This document shows, piece after piece, positions 1 to 11,425 of a stretch of 64,000 bases of DNA. The position numbers and the translations under genes are program-made. Under the pieces are notes generated by a model. The model saw nothing but the letters and a program-made list of their open reading frames with translations. It was not told the DNA's origin and did no database searches. Numbering within the stretch: the stretch's first letter is position 1; each line of letters opens with the position of its first letter. The stretch lies in the NCBI GenBank assembly GCA_964016885.1, contig OZ024741.1, positions 277,140,001 through 277,204,000 on the forward strand, written 5' to 3'. The stretch is from Eledone cirrhosa (Eukaryota).

Positions 1-6
1 TTTAAC

Positions 7-1071
7 ATGAATGGTGATGTGGATAGGCTATACTTCTCTCGCAAGAAGGGTGTCCGGGGTCTAAAATCCATATTAACATCATATGAGACCCAGACAGTAA
101 CACTGAAGCAACATCTTCAACAGAGGAAAAAGGTTGGCAAACATCTTGCCCAGGTTTATGAGCATGAAGAAAAAAATATCATTAGGATAGCCACTGATCT
201 GGAGGAGAGATATGGAATAAAGCCTGATATAAATCTCTCACCCAGAGAAATCGGAAGATCCTATTCAATGTTCAAACAAGATGAAAAATTTGACCAATTT
301 ACAGAAAAAGTTGTGCATGGATACTTGAGACGTAAAACACAGACCATAGAGGGGATAAACCACTCAAAAAGCCTGGCATGGAGTTCCGACAAGTTTATGA
401 CATCACACCTTGAGGGATATCTCTATGCAATACATGAACAAAAACTCCTTACCAAATATCTGCTGCACAAAAGAGGAGGGCCATCAGCTGACAATAAATG
501 TACGCTATGTAAAACAAAGATCGAAGATGTAAGCCACATTGTTGCCAGCTGCGAAAGAATGTCATCTCGCTACTACCTCCCCATGAGACACGATGGGATA
601 GCTAGAACCATCTGGAACGCACTTCGGAAAACAAAATTAAAAACAAACGAGGAAGAATATATTGAGACGGATGGCACTAAGGAATACTGGTGGAACCTGA
701 AAATAAAAACTGCCACCAAATTAAAGCACAACAGGCCTGATATTGTTGTTTGGGACCACACATTGAAAACGTGTTCTGTTGTGGAGATCAGCTGCCCACT
801 TGATGTAAACGTTGTCAGAAAAATACAGGAGAAGGAGGACATCTACGGACCATTGATGAGGAGTTTACAAATCCAGTATCCAAGATACACCTTTAGCTTC
901 ATACCCATCATTATTGGAGCTACGGGTTATATACCAACCCGCTTGGACCAAAGTGTGACTGAACTTGGATTTGCGGACAAAAAGCGCAGCTATCTAATTC
1001 ATAGTCTACAAATGGCTGCGATAGCTGGCACCTTCAAAATTTGCAAAACATTCTTGCGATTCAAGGGATGA
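7..1071 (+). CDS. C-terminal part of an R4/Dong-like non-LTR retrotransposon ORF (post-RT region, CCHC knuckle, restriction-like endonuclease); 5' part lies outside the window
   Basis: DVDRLYFSRKKGVRGL thumb-region motif, CTLC..HIVASC knuckle, RHD motif, HNRPDIVVWD..VVEISCP PD-(D/E)xK nuclease motif; homologous to the elements at 17-27 kb. Confidence 0.9.
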   Translation: MNGDVDRLYFSRKKGVRGLKSILTSYETQTVTLKQHLQQRKKVGKHLAQVYEHEEKNIIRIATDLEERYGIKPDINLSPREIGRSYSMFKQDEKFDQFTEKVVHGYLRRKTQTIEGINHSKSLAWSSDKFMTSHLEGYLYAIHEQKLLTKYLLHKRGGPSADNKCTLCKTKIEDVSHIVASCERMSSRYYLPMRHDGIARTIWNALRKTKLKTNEEEYIETDGTKEYWWNLKIKTATKLKHNRPDIVVWDHTLKTCSVVEISCPLDVNVVRKIQEKEDIYGPLMRSLQIQYPRYTFSFIPIIIGATGYIPTRLDQSVTELGFADKKRSYLIHSLQMAAIAGTFKICKTFLRFKG

Positions 1072-1140
1072 CAATTTCTTTTCTTTTACAACCTTGCCAC
1101 CAGGAAGGTGGCCGATCAAAAATATACTCGAAATTAAGAA

Positions 1141-1270
1141 AAAGAGATAACATACATACATACATTCATACATACATACATACATAAAGAGATAACATAC
1201 ATACATACATTCATACATACATACATACATACATACATACATACATACATACATACATACACATGTATAT
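1141..1270 (+). repeat. (CATA)n microsatellite directly after the LINE 3' end, with a duplicated AAAGAGATAA(CATA)n block
   Basis: Direct reading. Confidence 0.9.
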
Positions 1271-1397
1271 ATATGAAAAGATAGAGGCAACAATGCAGAT
1301 AACTATAATAAATAATAGATAACTATAATTAAATAGTTAAATAAATCTTATAAAGTACCCTTGGAGATGGAAAAATAGAGATACCTGTCACACCTTT

Positions 1398-1776
<379 letters not shown>

Positions 1777-1879
1777 GGAGTTGTCAGTTTAAACAAGTAA
1801 GACCATGTACAGCTAAGTACTCGATACTTGTTAGAGAGGGTATATATTGTAAATTATATATATTCAATTATATATGTAT

Positions 1880-2077
1880 AACGAAGGAGGTGTGGTAACG
1901 ACCAGATGGACCATAACGCACTAGAGTACTCAATACTTAGGGTAGTAGAGTGGGTAATAGGAAAATGTTCAAGACCCCGATGGCAGAGCTCAAGCCGTTT
2001 CGACGGCTATTTCTGGACCCAGAAATAGCCGTCGGAACGGCTTGAGCTCTGCCTTCGGGGTCTTGAACATTTTCCTA
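1880..2077. mobile_element. Fold-back (hairpin) element in (TA)n, family A copy 1; probable PLE end with inverted segment
   Basis: Inverted arms 1958-2077 plus unique extension 1880-1957; homologous to 6655-6863 and 45110-45302. Confidence 0.75.
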
Positions 2078-2146
2078 TATATATATGTATATATATACAT
2101 TTTCCTATATATATATATATACATATGTATATATGTATATATATAT

Positions 2147-2181
<35 letters not shown>

Positions 2182-2602
2182 TAGAGAGAGAGAGAGATAA
2201 TGCCTTTGGTCGACTCGCAGTTGTGGTAGAAGGTACATGTCACCTTAGAGTGACCCAGTGAGACCGAACCTGAAACCATATGCTAGTAAAATGCACTTCT
2301 TAACCTCATAGCCCCACCCATATAATATTCCCAAAGTAGATTATAAAATGCAGAAAAAGCAATTAATTATCAATTATTTGATAAAGTTAATCCTAAAGTA
2401 TTTCTTAATCCTAAATCCGCTTTGTTCTTCTAATAATCTGTATTGTCACAAATACATATTTCATATTTAATTATTTAAATAAGTAGCTTGAGTAATTAAA
2501 TTCATAAATATAGTGGCAACAAAAAATGTTATTATATTAATGCACGCAAGCACATAAGTAAACGCATATTCACCCAATATATGAAAAGGTATGTATGTGG
2601 GA

Positions 2603-2635
<33 letters not shown>

Positions 2636-2647
2636 TATATATCTATA

Positions 2648-2684
<37 letters not shown>

Positions 2685-2685
<1 letters not shown>

Positions 2686-2950
2686 TATAAGGAAAAAAGA
2701 TGAAATCGAAAATGCAACTGGAGTCTTATTTAAAAAAAATATATATATATTTATTTGGTTCCTCTACCGGTTTCGCAGTTCTTCTGCTTTTCAAAAGTAG
2801 AGTTGAGATGGAGGGTCTGTGGTTTTTCTCACATCAGATGTGAGAAAAACTCCAGTTGCATTTTCGATATCATCTTTTTTCCTTATACTTTCACTCGGGT
2901 AGGACACCTCGGTTATTTTTCATTTTGTAAAAAAAACCCTCACTTTCTAA
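2685..2950. mobile_element. PLE-end-like repeat with internal inverted segment; further inverted copy at about 3556-3657
   Basis: TAAGGAAAAAAGATGA..CGAAAATGCAACTGGAGT present at ~2688, reverse-complemented at ~2850-2885 and again at ~3620; flanked by (TA)n. Confidence 0.65.
2761..2797 (-). ncRNA. Minimal type I hammerhead ribozyme variant (core UUGAAAA, U3-A8)
   Basis: Minus strand CUU-UUGAAAA-GCAG aagaa CUGC-GAAA-CCGG-UA-GAG: stem II, GAAA, palindromic stem III region, GUA triplet; stem I is short. Confidence 0.55.
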
Positions 2951-2978
2951 TATATATATATATACATATTTATATATA

Positions 2979-3132
2979 CAGTTGTCCTCCGTTAATCACG
3001 GGGGTTACGTTCCTAGAGGACCCGCGAAGAGTGAACAACCGCGAATATACGGTGGTTTCCAGGAACAATTATTAGTTAGGTTCTAAGGAAAATTCCGTGA
3101 ATAACCGTCACCGTGAATGCTGGGGTACACTG
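2979..3132. mobile_element. Tc1/mariner (Tigger/pogo-like) MITE
   Basis: Starts TA|CAGTTGTCCTCCGTTAATCACGGGGGTTACGTTCC and ends ...GGGGTACACTG|TA; resembles Tigger-type termini, TA flanks. Confidence 0.55.
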
Positions 3133-3133
3133 T

Positions 3134-3224
<91 letters not shown>

Positions 3225-3471
3225 AATATGATAATAATGGAGCTGCGGCGTTGCAAATGGGTTACATATAAAAAAGTGAGTCCTTCATCAGTGACCCTCC
3301 AACCGTCCTAGGCATTTCATCGCTTTAAGGGCCATATACCTCAGGTTGGTGCGAACAACGGCTAAAAAAAGTCGTTGGGACACGTAAATAAAGAGAACGT
3401 TAGGGTGAACAAACAAAATGGTTTAAGCAACAGAAAGTGAGAGGAAAGAGACAAGTCCCAGATTTCTATGA

Positions 3472-3521
<50 letters not shown>

Positions 3522-3730
3522 TATAAATATATATATGTAATATATGTATATATATATTAGAAAGTGAGGTTTTTTTTACAAAATGAAAAATAACCGAGGT
3601 GTCCTACCCGAGTGAAAGTATAAGGAAAAAAGATGATATCGAAAATGCAACTGGAGTAGTAGTAGTAAAAGTGATTTTCACCTGGAACTTGTGGAATGTG
3701 GAACTGGTGTCGCTAAGGGGCACAAAGATA

Positions 3731-4484
3731 GCACCACCACCACAACCGCCACCTGTACCACCATCAACAACACCACCACCACCACCACCACCACCACCAC
3801 CTCACTACCACTTCACTACCACCACTACTACAACCACCAGTACCATAACCTCTAACGTTTCCACCCTCACCACAACCACAACCACCACCACTACCACAAC
3901 CGCCACCTGTACCACCATCAACAACACCACCACCACCACCACCACCTCACTACCACTTCACTACCACCACTACTACAACCACCAGTACCATAACCTCTAA
4001 CGTTTCCACCCTCACCACAACCACCACCACCACCACTACCACAACCGCCACCTGTACCACCATCAACAACACCACCACCACCACCACCACCTCACTACCA
4101 CTTCACTACCACCACTACTACAACCACCAGTACCATAACCTCTAACGTTTCCACCCTCACCACAACCACCACCACCGCTACCACAACCGCCACCTGTACC
4201 ACCATCAACAACACCACCACCACCACCACCACCACCCCCTCACTACCACTTCACTACCACCACTACTACAACCACCAGTACCATAACCTCTAACGTTTCC
4301 ACCCTCACCACAACCACCACCACCACTACCACAACCGCCACCTGTACCACCATCAACACCACCACCACCACCACCACCACCACCACCACCACCATCACCA
4401 CCACCACCACCACCACCACCACCACCACCACCATCACCACCACCACCACCACCACCACCACAACCACCACCACCACTACCACAA
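3731..4484. repeat. (ACC)-based higher-order tandem repeat, unit about 120 bp, about 4 full copies
   Basis: Anchor CAGTACCATAACCTCTAACGTTTCCACCCTC recurs near 3838, 3983, 4128 and 4276. Confidence 0.85.
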
Positions 4485-4768
4485 CGTCCTTGGAAACCTA
4501 TACGTTCATCGAAAAAAGTGATTAGTTTTGTTGAGGTGGGCGGATGCTAGGTGTGTAGGGAGAAGGTGTGGAGGCTATGGTTAGTCTTGTAAACTTTGTC
4601 GGGGGGGGGCAAGGTAGGGGGGGGGGGAGAGTTGTAGACGCGGGCGGAGATGAGACGGGCAGGGGTGACTATGTCAATAGGATAAGTGGTGTGCAGGAGG
4701 GGGGGGGGGGGGTTAAAATACTGCACTGAGTCATTCATTCAGTCATTCAATACACCGTCGTTCATTCA

Positions 4769-5093
4769 GGGAATCTTTCAAATCATTTTACATCTCCATC
4801 GTGGAGGCGGCGGCGGTGGCGAGCGTAGTGGTGGTGGTGGTGGTGGTGGTGGTGGTGGTGGTGGTGGTGGTGGTGGTGGTGGTGGTGGTGATGGTGATGG
4901 TGGTGGTGGTGGTGGTGGTGGTGGTGATGGTGATGGTGGTGGTGGTGGTGGTGGTGGTGGTGGTGATGGTGGTGGTGGTGGTGGTGGTGATGGTGATGGT
5001 GGTGGTGGTGGTGGTGATGGTGATGGTGGTGGTGGTGATGGTGGTGGTGGTAGTGGTGATGGTAGTGGTGGTGGTGGTGGTAGTGGTGGTGTC

Positions 5094-5127
<34 letters not shown>

Positions 5128-6140
5128 TCATCACCAACAACCACCACCACCACCACCATCATCACCACCACCATCATCATCGCCATCATCATCATCATCA
5201 ACATCATCATCATCATCACCGCAATCACCACCACCACCACTACCACATTCATACTCACAACCACCACCACGAACGACCACGATCATCATCATCATCACCG
5301 CAATCACCACCACCACCACCACAAACCACCACCATCATCATCATCACCACCACCACCACCGCCACCACTACCATCACCACCACCACCACCATCATCACCA
5401 CCACCATCATCATCGCCATCATCATCATCATCAACATCATCATCATCATCACCACCACCACCACCACCACCACAAACCACCACCATCATCATCATCACCA
5501 GCACCACCACCGCCACCACCACAAACCACCACCATCTTCATCATCACCACCACCACCACCGCCACCACTACCATCATCATTATGCGAGGGGTTTCCCCAG
5601 AAGAAGTGTGTTGTGTGAGATTCAAGGTAAGGTGAGACGTCCTGTGACGTCATATGACGTCATGCCTCATCACCTCAGTTCCATTGTCACATGATGAATC
5701 AGCAGAGACTCCGGTCGGCACCGTAACGTCTGGAATGTGGAAACACGGCCACCACCCCCAACACACCATTACACCCCCCACCCCACCCCCACCCACACAC
5801 ACTTTCATCCAACTCTACCGTCATCTACACCTTCCATCCATCCACAATGTCCCCATCATCACCATCACCACCACCACCACCATCACTACCACCACCACCA
5901 CCACCACCACCACCACCACTACCAACACTATTACCACCACCACCATCACCACCACTACCCTCGCCACCGCCACAGTGGAGGAGATGTAAAATGATTTGAA
6001 AGATTCCCACCACCACCACCACCACCACCACCACCACGACCTCCACCACTACCATCACCACTACCACCACACCCACCACTAGCACCACTATGACCAATGC
6101 GACTACCAGCAACGCCACCGCAACTACTGCCACCACAATC
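4769..6140. repeat. (GGT)n/(ACC/ATC)n low-complexity block with strand switch and inverted unique anchors
   Basis: GGT run switches to ACC at ~5092; 4769-4830 is the reverse complement of ~5950-6008. Confidence 0.8.
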
Positions 6141-6328
6141 CAAAGGCGGTGGAAGCATTTCTGAAGTGGGGGCTGCAAAGTTGGTCAATGTAGTTGTGAT
6201 TAGTTTAGCTCTTTTCGCTCTAAAATGGATAGAAAATGCAACTTGAGTTCAAGCAGGTCATATTACATTTACAACTTTCAATAATTATAAAAGAAAGATC
6301 GGCTATGTATACACGATGTTTGTATGTA

Positions 6329-6420
<92 letters not shown>

Positions 6421-6421
<1 letters not shown>

Positions 6422-6638
6422 CAATCGATCGACTTTCGTCAAATCGGACCGAGGAAACAATGTTTCCGTTGGTCTTTCCAGTTGCTAGTACTATCTATCG
6501 GTCGCAACTCCAGGTAGAAGGAGCAACGTGAAATAAAGTGTCTTGCTCAAGGACATAACGCATCGCCCGGTCGAGGAATCGAACTCACAACCTCAAGATT
6601 GTGAATCCAATTCTCTAACCACTCAGTCACACGCCTTC
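6421..6638 (-). mobile_element. tRNA-derived SINE with CORE-like segment
   Basis: Minus strand: tRNA-like head with A box (TGACTGAGTGG) and B box (GAGTTCGATTCC), then TGTCCTTGAGCAAGACACTTTA; related copies near 2.2, 40.3, 40.6 and 52.4 kb. Confidence 0.7.
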
Positions 6639-6654
6639 ATATATATATATATAT

Positions 6655-6859
6655 AACGAAGGAAATGTGGTAAGGAACCAGGTGGACCATAACGCACCAA
6701 AGTACTCAATACTTAGTGTAGTAGAGTGGGTAATAGGAACGAGTAGGACCCCGACGGCTGAGATCAAGCCGTTTCGACGGCTAATTCTGGACTAAATGCA
6801 TTTAGTCCAGAATTAGCCGTCGAAACGGCTTGAGCTCAGCCGTCGGGGTCCTACTCGTT

Positions 6860-6863
<4 letters not shown>
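6655..6863. mobile_element. Fold-back element family A copy 2
   Basis: Near-perfect palindrome 6734-6863 centred on AAATGCATTT; (TA)n on both sides. Confidence 0.8.
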
Positions 6864-6930
<67 letters not shown>

Positions 6931-6956
6931 CGTTTAGTCGACTGACATGAGGGTGT

Positions 6957-6999
6957 GCGGTGCTGATGACAGCTAATAAGCTAGAAACTAGTTCATCGT
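6957..6999 (+). ncRNA. Minimal type I hammerhead ribozyme (PLE-associated)
   Basis: GCGGUG-CUGAUGA-cAGCUaauaAGCUa-GAAAC-UA-GUU-CAUCGU: canonical core, stem I GCGGUG/CAUCGU, palindromic AACUAGUU stem III region. Confidence 0.75.
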
Positions 7000-7205
7000 T
7001 CCTTTGTCAGTGTTGAACAAAAGGGCAACGATGGTTGCCGAACACTGTGCGGCTTAATTCGGGCTGTTTGTTTACATCTGTGCATGTATGTATGTATGTA
7101 TATAAATACTACTGTACGTCTGTATACATATATGTACGTACGTATACATACTTATATTTAAGTATCAGCCGTGCTAAGAGTGGGAAATGAAATTTCCTTT
7201 TTTCC

Positions 7206-7308
<103 letters not shown>

Positions 7309-7351
7309 GGGTTCAATTGGGTGTAACCAATACATACCAGAGTATAAATAT

Positions 7352-7455
7352 TTAATGTAGAAATGGCTTCTATAGGACTAGAACTGTTTCATTCATGCTG
7401 GTGATTTCCTACGAATGAAACAGTTGTAGTCCTGTAGAAGTCATTTCTACATTTT
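7352..7455. mobile_element. Fold-back PLE-end remnant with degenerate hammerhead
   Basis: Arms AATGTAGAAATGGCTTCTATAGGACTA.../...TAGTCCTGTAGAAGTCATTTCTACATT; CTGGTGA-TTTCctacGAAT-GAAACAGTTGTA at 7398-7428. Confidence 0.6.
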
Positions 7456-7873
7456 ATATATATATATAGCAGTGTTTACTACTAGTTCTTGCAACCGGCG
7501 GCGGCAGAACAAAAACATGTTGACGAAGTAAATTCCACTGTTCTATCTTCCAAAGCCCAATTAACTTGCAGACCCCTGCAGATGGATTTTGTTGATTTTG
7601 GATTTACAGAAACCTAGTGGAGATGTTATATAATACTATGTAATATGTCCACGATGGTCCCGGTAACTGTCAAACATTTCCCTGAGTCGGATTTTTCGTT
7701 GTTCTGGTCCTAGCGGCTCGCATTTCGGTCGCTGGCTTCAATTTGCATAGCTGTCTAAACGTAATGTTATAACTCTAAGGTAAACTTCCTTATTGAGTGT
7801 TTGTGGCTGCACTTCCCGACAGCATTCATTAGCGTGCCCGCAACCAGAGCTTCGATTATGCTGTCCTACCTTC

Positions 7874-7897
<24 letters not shown>

Positions 7898-7904
<7 letters not shown>

Positions 7905-7953
7905 TACATATACTGGTGCATGTGTTTCTTATTGGCAACATGACCCTCCCAAA

Positions 7954-8001
<48 letters not shown>

Positions 8002-8049
8002 ACATGTACTGGTGCATGTGTTTCTTATTGGCAACATGACCCTCCCAAA

Positions 8050-8052
<3 letters not shown>
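7898..8052. repeat. Local tandem duplication of a ~55-bp island between (TA)n tracts
   Basis: CTACAT(A/G)TACTGGTGCATGTGTTTCTTATTGGCAACATGACCCTCCCAAAG twice. Confidence 0.85.
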
Positions 8053-8076
<24 letters not shown>

Positions 8077-8081
<5 letters not shown>

Positions 8082-8290
8082 GTGGTTACACAACAGTTAG
8101 TTCACCATACCGAGAACAATTGTTTCACCTCAGCGGATCCTCAGCTCGGAATGGGCTGAGGATCCGCTAAGGTGAAACAATTGTTCTCGGTATGGTGAAC
8201 TAACTGTTGTGTAACCACTTCTACCTAACTCGTCCCTTGGACTGGGTGCTCTACCACTACGGATATTACCTTCCAGTGTTCCACCACTAT
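8077..8290. mobile_element. Fold-back PLE-end element (hairpin 8077-8223 plus unique tail)
   Basis: ~70-bp near-perfect inverted arms flanked by (TA)n; hammerhead core in each arm. Confidence 0.75.
8110..8149 (-). ncRNA. Minimal type I hammerhead ribozyme
   Basis: Minus strand CCGAG-CUGAGGA-UCCgcugaGGU-GAAAC-AAUU-GUU-CUCGG; perfect stem I, palindromic loop; mirror core on + strand 8156-8190. Confidence 0.75.
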
Positions 8291-8814
8291 ATATATATAT
8301 ATTACACATACATATATTTTACTGTATTACGTGTTCCAGCCGAGAGGTGCCGGGACCGGGGAGATTTCTAATCAGGAGAATACCTTATGCATGGGAAGAA
8401 GCAGACTGAGTATGCCTAGCAGTTTCAGTTTTTATTTGGCAAACATTTTCAATATATATATATATATAAATATACATACTCATTTATATTTACATACACT
8501 GTCCAGAACACTACACTACACTACATCATTATTTCTTCCTACACCAAAGAAAAGTTACCGAATTCATATCGCATATGTGTGAAAACCAAAACAAAGCAAG
8601 AACAAAAATAGACAAAAAATAAGAAAAGAAAATAAACAGGAAAAAAATTCAAAATAAAAAATATCTGCTCGGATCAACTGTTGAACTGTTGAGCTGGTGA
8701 GCTACAGTAGCGACATCGATTCTGCATTCCTACACATTTTCATCCTCCCCCTCATTTCTCTTCAACTAAAAGGAAAATTAGCTTTTATGTGTCGGATAAC
8801 AAACATATTTTTTC

Positions 8815-9500
8815 GGCATATTTATGGCTCTTTACGTTTTGAGTTCAAACCCCGCTGAGGTTAGCTTTTTGCTTTTTATCCTTACGGGGTTGATAAAAGT
8901 ACCAGTAACGACTTTCTCCTTCCCTTCAAAATTGCTAGCCTTGTGCCAAAGTCAGAGAAACATTATTTTTTCGGCATGGGAGGTGGATTGGTAGTATCGG
9001 TAGAATTGCAGCATAGAGTTACGCCCCTTTATGGTCTGAGTTCAAATCCCGCTGAGGTTAACTTTGCCTTTCATCCTTATGGGGTCGATAAAATAAAGTA
9101 CCAGTAATACACTGGGATCAATTTAATCGACTTTCTCCTTCCTTTCAAAATTGCTAGCCTTGCGCCCAAATCAGAAACCATTATTCAAGAGGGCGGTGGA
9201 TTGGCGGTATCGGTAGAGCGTCGGATATAGTTTCGTCTCGAGTTCCAACCCCTTCAAGGATAGCTTTACCTTTCATCCTTATGGTGTCGATAAAATAAAT
9301 TACCAGTGACGCACTTGGATCGATTTAATCGACTTCCTCTTCCCTTCAAAATTGCTTACCTTGTGCCTAGTATAGAAAAAATTTTATTAGTAGAATTGTT
9401 AGGACGCATGACGATGTGGGTTTTATTTTGTGTTATTTGTCCACAACTTTTTACGTTCCGTGTTCAAATCCCGTGGAGGGCAACTATGTCTTTCATTATG
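8815..9500 (+). mobile_element. Tandem run of 3-4 degenerate tRNA-derived SINEs (Meta-domain-like core)
   Basis: Repeated GAGTTCAAATCCCGC..GAGGT..ACTTTGCCTTTCATCCTT..GGGGTCGATAAAATAAAGTACCAGT. Confidence 0.7.
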
Positions 9501-9719
9501 TAAAATATCTTTAGGGACGGTAAAATGATCAGCAGCCGCCACAGAAGACTGGACTCCATATCTCTCGAATACCGGTCAAACGCGTCAGCCATTACGCTAA
9601 GGCGCGACTGACAGTGAATTCCGGTAATAAGAAATATCTATTTGTGGCCTTTAAAATATTGTGGGGCTCTCTGGCTATAACGTAATCATCCTCCTCTTAA
9701 TTCGTCACTAGTTCTATGG

Positions 9720-9930
9720 TCAGGCCAGACTTCTGCCTGCTACTGATACCACGTAACCCAGTACACATGCTTCATGATCTAGTGGGTGGCAACTAGCCAA
9801 GCTCTCCAACAAGAACCTAGTTTGGTGAGGAGGGTAAGTAGAACCCTAGCAGCACAAAGAACAATAGCTGTTTAGAGGGTGAGTGAATCCTCAGAGTCAA
9901 CGGCCATCCATCCCAACCCGGAGAAGTAGC
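9720..9930 (+). repeat. Probable RTE-LINE 5' UTR fragment; diverged homologue at about 38395-38605 (minus)
   Basis: Shared blocks GCTACTG.TA.CA.GTA.CCCAGTACA, TTTGGTGAGGAGGGT and AGAGTCAA.GGCCATCCA; RTE assignment from recollection only. Confidence 0.45.
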
Positions 9931-9934
9931 TGGA

Positions 9935-10460
9935 GTGACTCATTTATCTTCGAGCTACGCACTCTGTCGAGTAACATTACTCCAAAGACCCTTCAGAGGA
10001 ACCCCATTTCGGCCTCTTGTATTCGCGATCGTATTCTTTCGGTCATTACCCAAGATTCCGAACTGAAGATAGCGAGTTTGGCTTTTACACCTACCTCCCT
10101 TCTTCTGATTACCGGATGCTGAAAAGGCGCATTACTGGACCAGTTCCTGCAATTCTAGCACTTAATTCAGCTTCCTGCCTGGGAACATGGCTCCGAGATA
10201 CTTCAACTTTTCGACCTGCTTCAGTGGAACTCCATTCACATGTAGGATGTATTGCGCAGGCTTCCTTAAGAAGACGAGTGTCTCAGCTTTTGCAGCACTG
10301 ATTTTCATTCCAGGTTTGATGCAGTACTCGGCATCAAACCTATCAAGTGCAAGTCGGAGATCACCTTCTGTCGAGTTAAGTAAAAAAAAAATGTCATCTG
10401 CAAATTTTACATCTGCTAGTCGTGATACCACTTCCAAACCGGCTGTGCATGTCAATTCTA
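9935..10460 (-). mobile_element. Degenerate RTE/Expander-like LINE reverse transcriptase fragment
   Basis: FADD..STEGDLRLALDRF..GMKISAAKAE..QVEKLKYLG. Confidence 0.75.
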
Positions 10461-11425
10461 AGGGCAAAATAGATAAGTATTTGAGGATAATTGATCTATG
10501 ACAAATCCACTTGGGTGTTTAAAGGAGATAATGGTCTCTGATTTAATATTAAGTGATATATAAGATTATTAAGCTTAGAAAATATTTGTATTTGTCTTTT
10601 GGGTTGTTTTTTTTGTTTTTGTTTTTTTTGTCAGTGAGACAGGCCCAGCTCTAGATAGTTTTCAGAGCCACCAAGAGTAGAGGTGTGGGGGAGGGGGGGT
10701 AAGAAAGAAAGATAACTATAAATATATGTATTTTAAGAACGTTTTTTTATTTTTTTTTATTTTTCCTCAAAGTTTGTGTTTCTTGAATATTCGGTTTACC
10801 AAGATGTCGTTTTTTTTTCATTTTTCTATATTCAAGAATTCCGTCTTATAAGCGTACGGCATTGTCTTTTTCAGTCTCATCACCCAAATCATATATATAT
10901 ATATATATATATATAGGCGATTCTATTTGCCTGTTTTTTTTCTTCTCGAGGTGCTATATCCCTGGTTTTATCCAACTATCTTATATATATTGTAGGAGCC
11001 TGTGGCAAAAGCAAAGTATACTCTTAAATCTCAACCTTAATATACGCTTTCATTCTATTGTTTACATTCTAATGTTCTAGCTGAAAGATACAAGATCCAG
11101 ATTAACGGAAAGAAGTGGCAGGATTCACCTTGGTGTAGAGATTTTATCACTGATGTTAATCACATAACTTATTCTTCTTCTTCTTCTTATTATTATTATT
11201 ATTATTATTGAATGCTATGGTTGACGGAGGCTCGGCTCTGTAAGGTATTGTAAATTTTGAACGCTATAACAATTGTAAATTGTTTAAAACTTTAACGAAC
11301 TTGTAGACAAAAACACCCTCCTCCTCGTGAGAGGGGTCTTTCTGCCCGTTATTTGGCCCTTCGGGGTTAAATAACTGCTTATTGGGGTTTTGTGCCCAAT
11401 ATTTATTTTAAACAAAAAAAACAAC

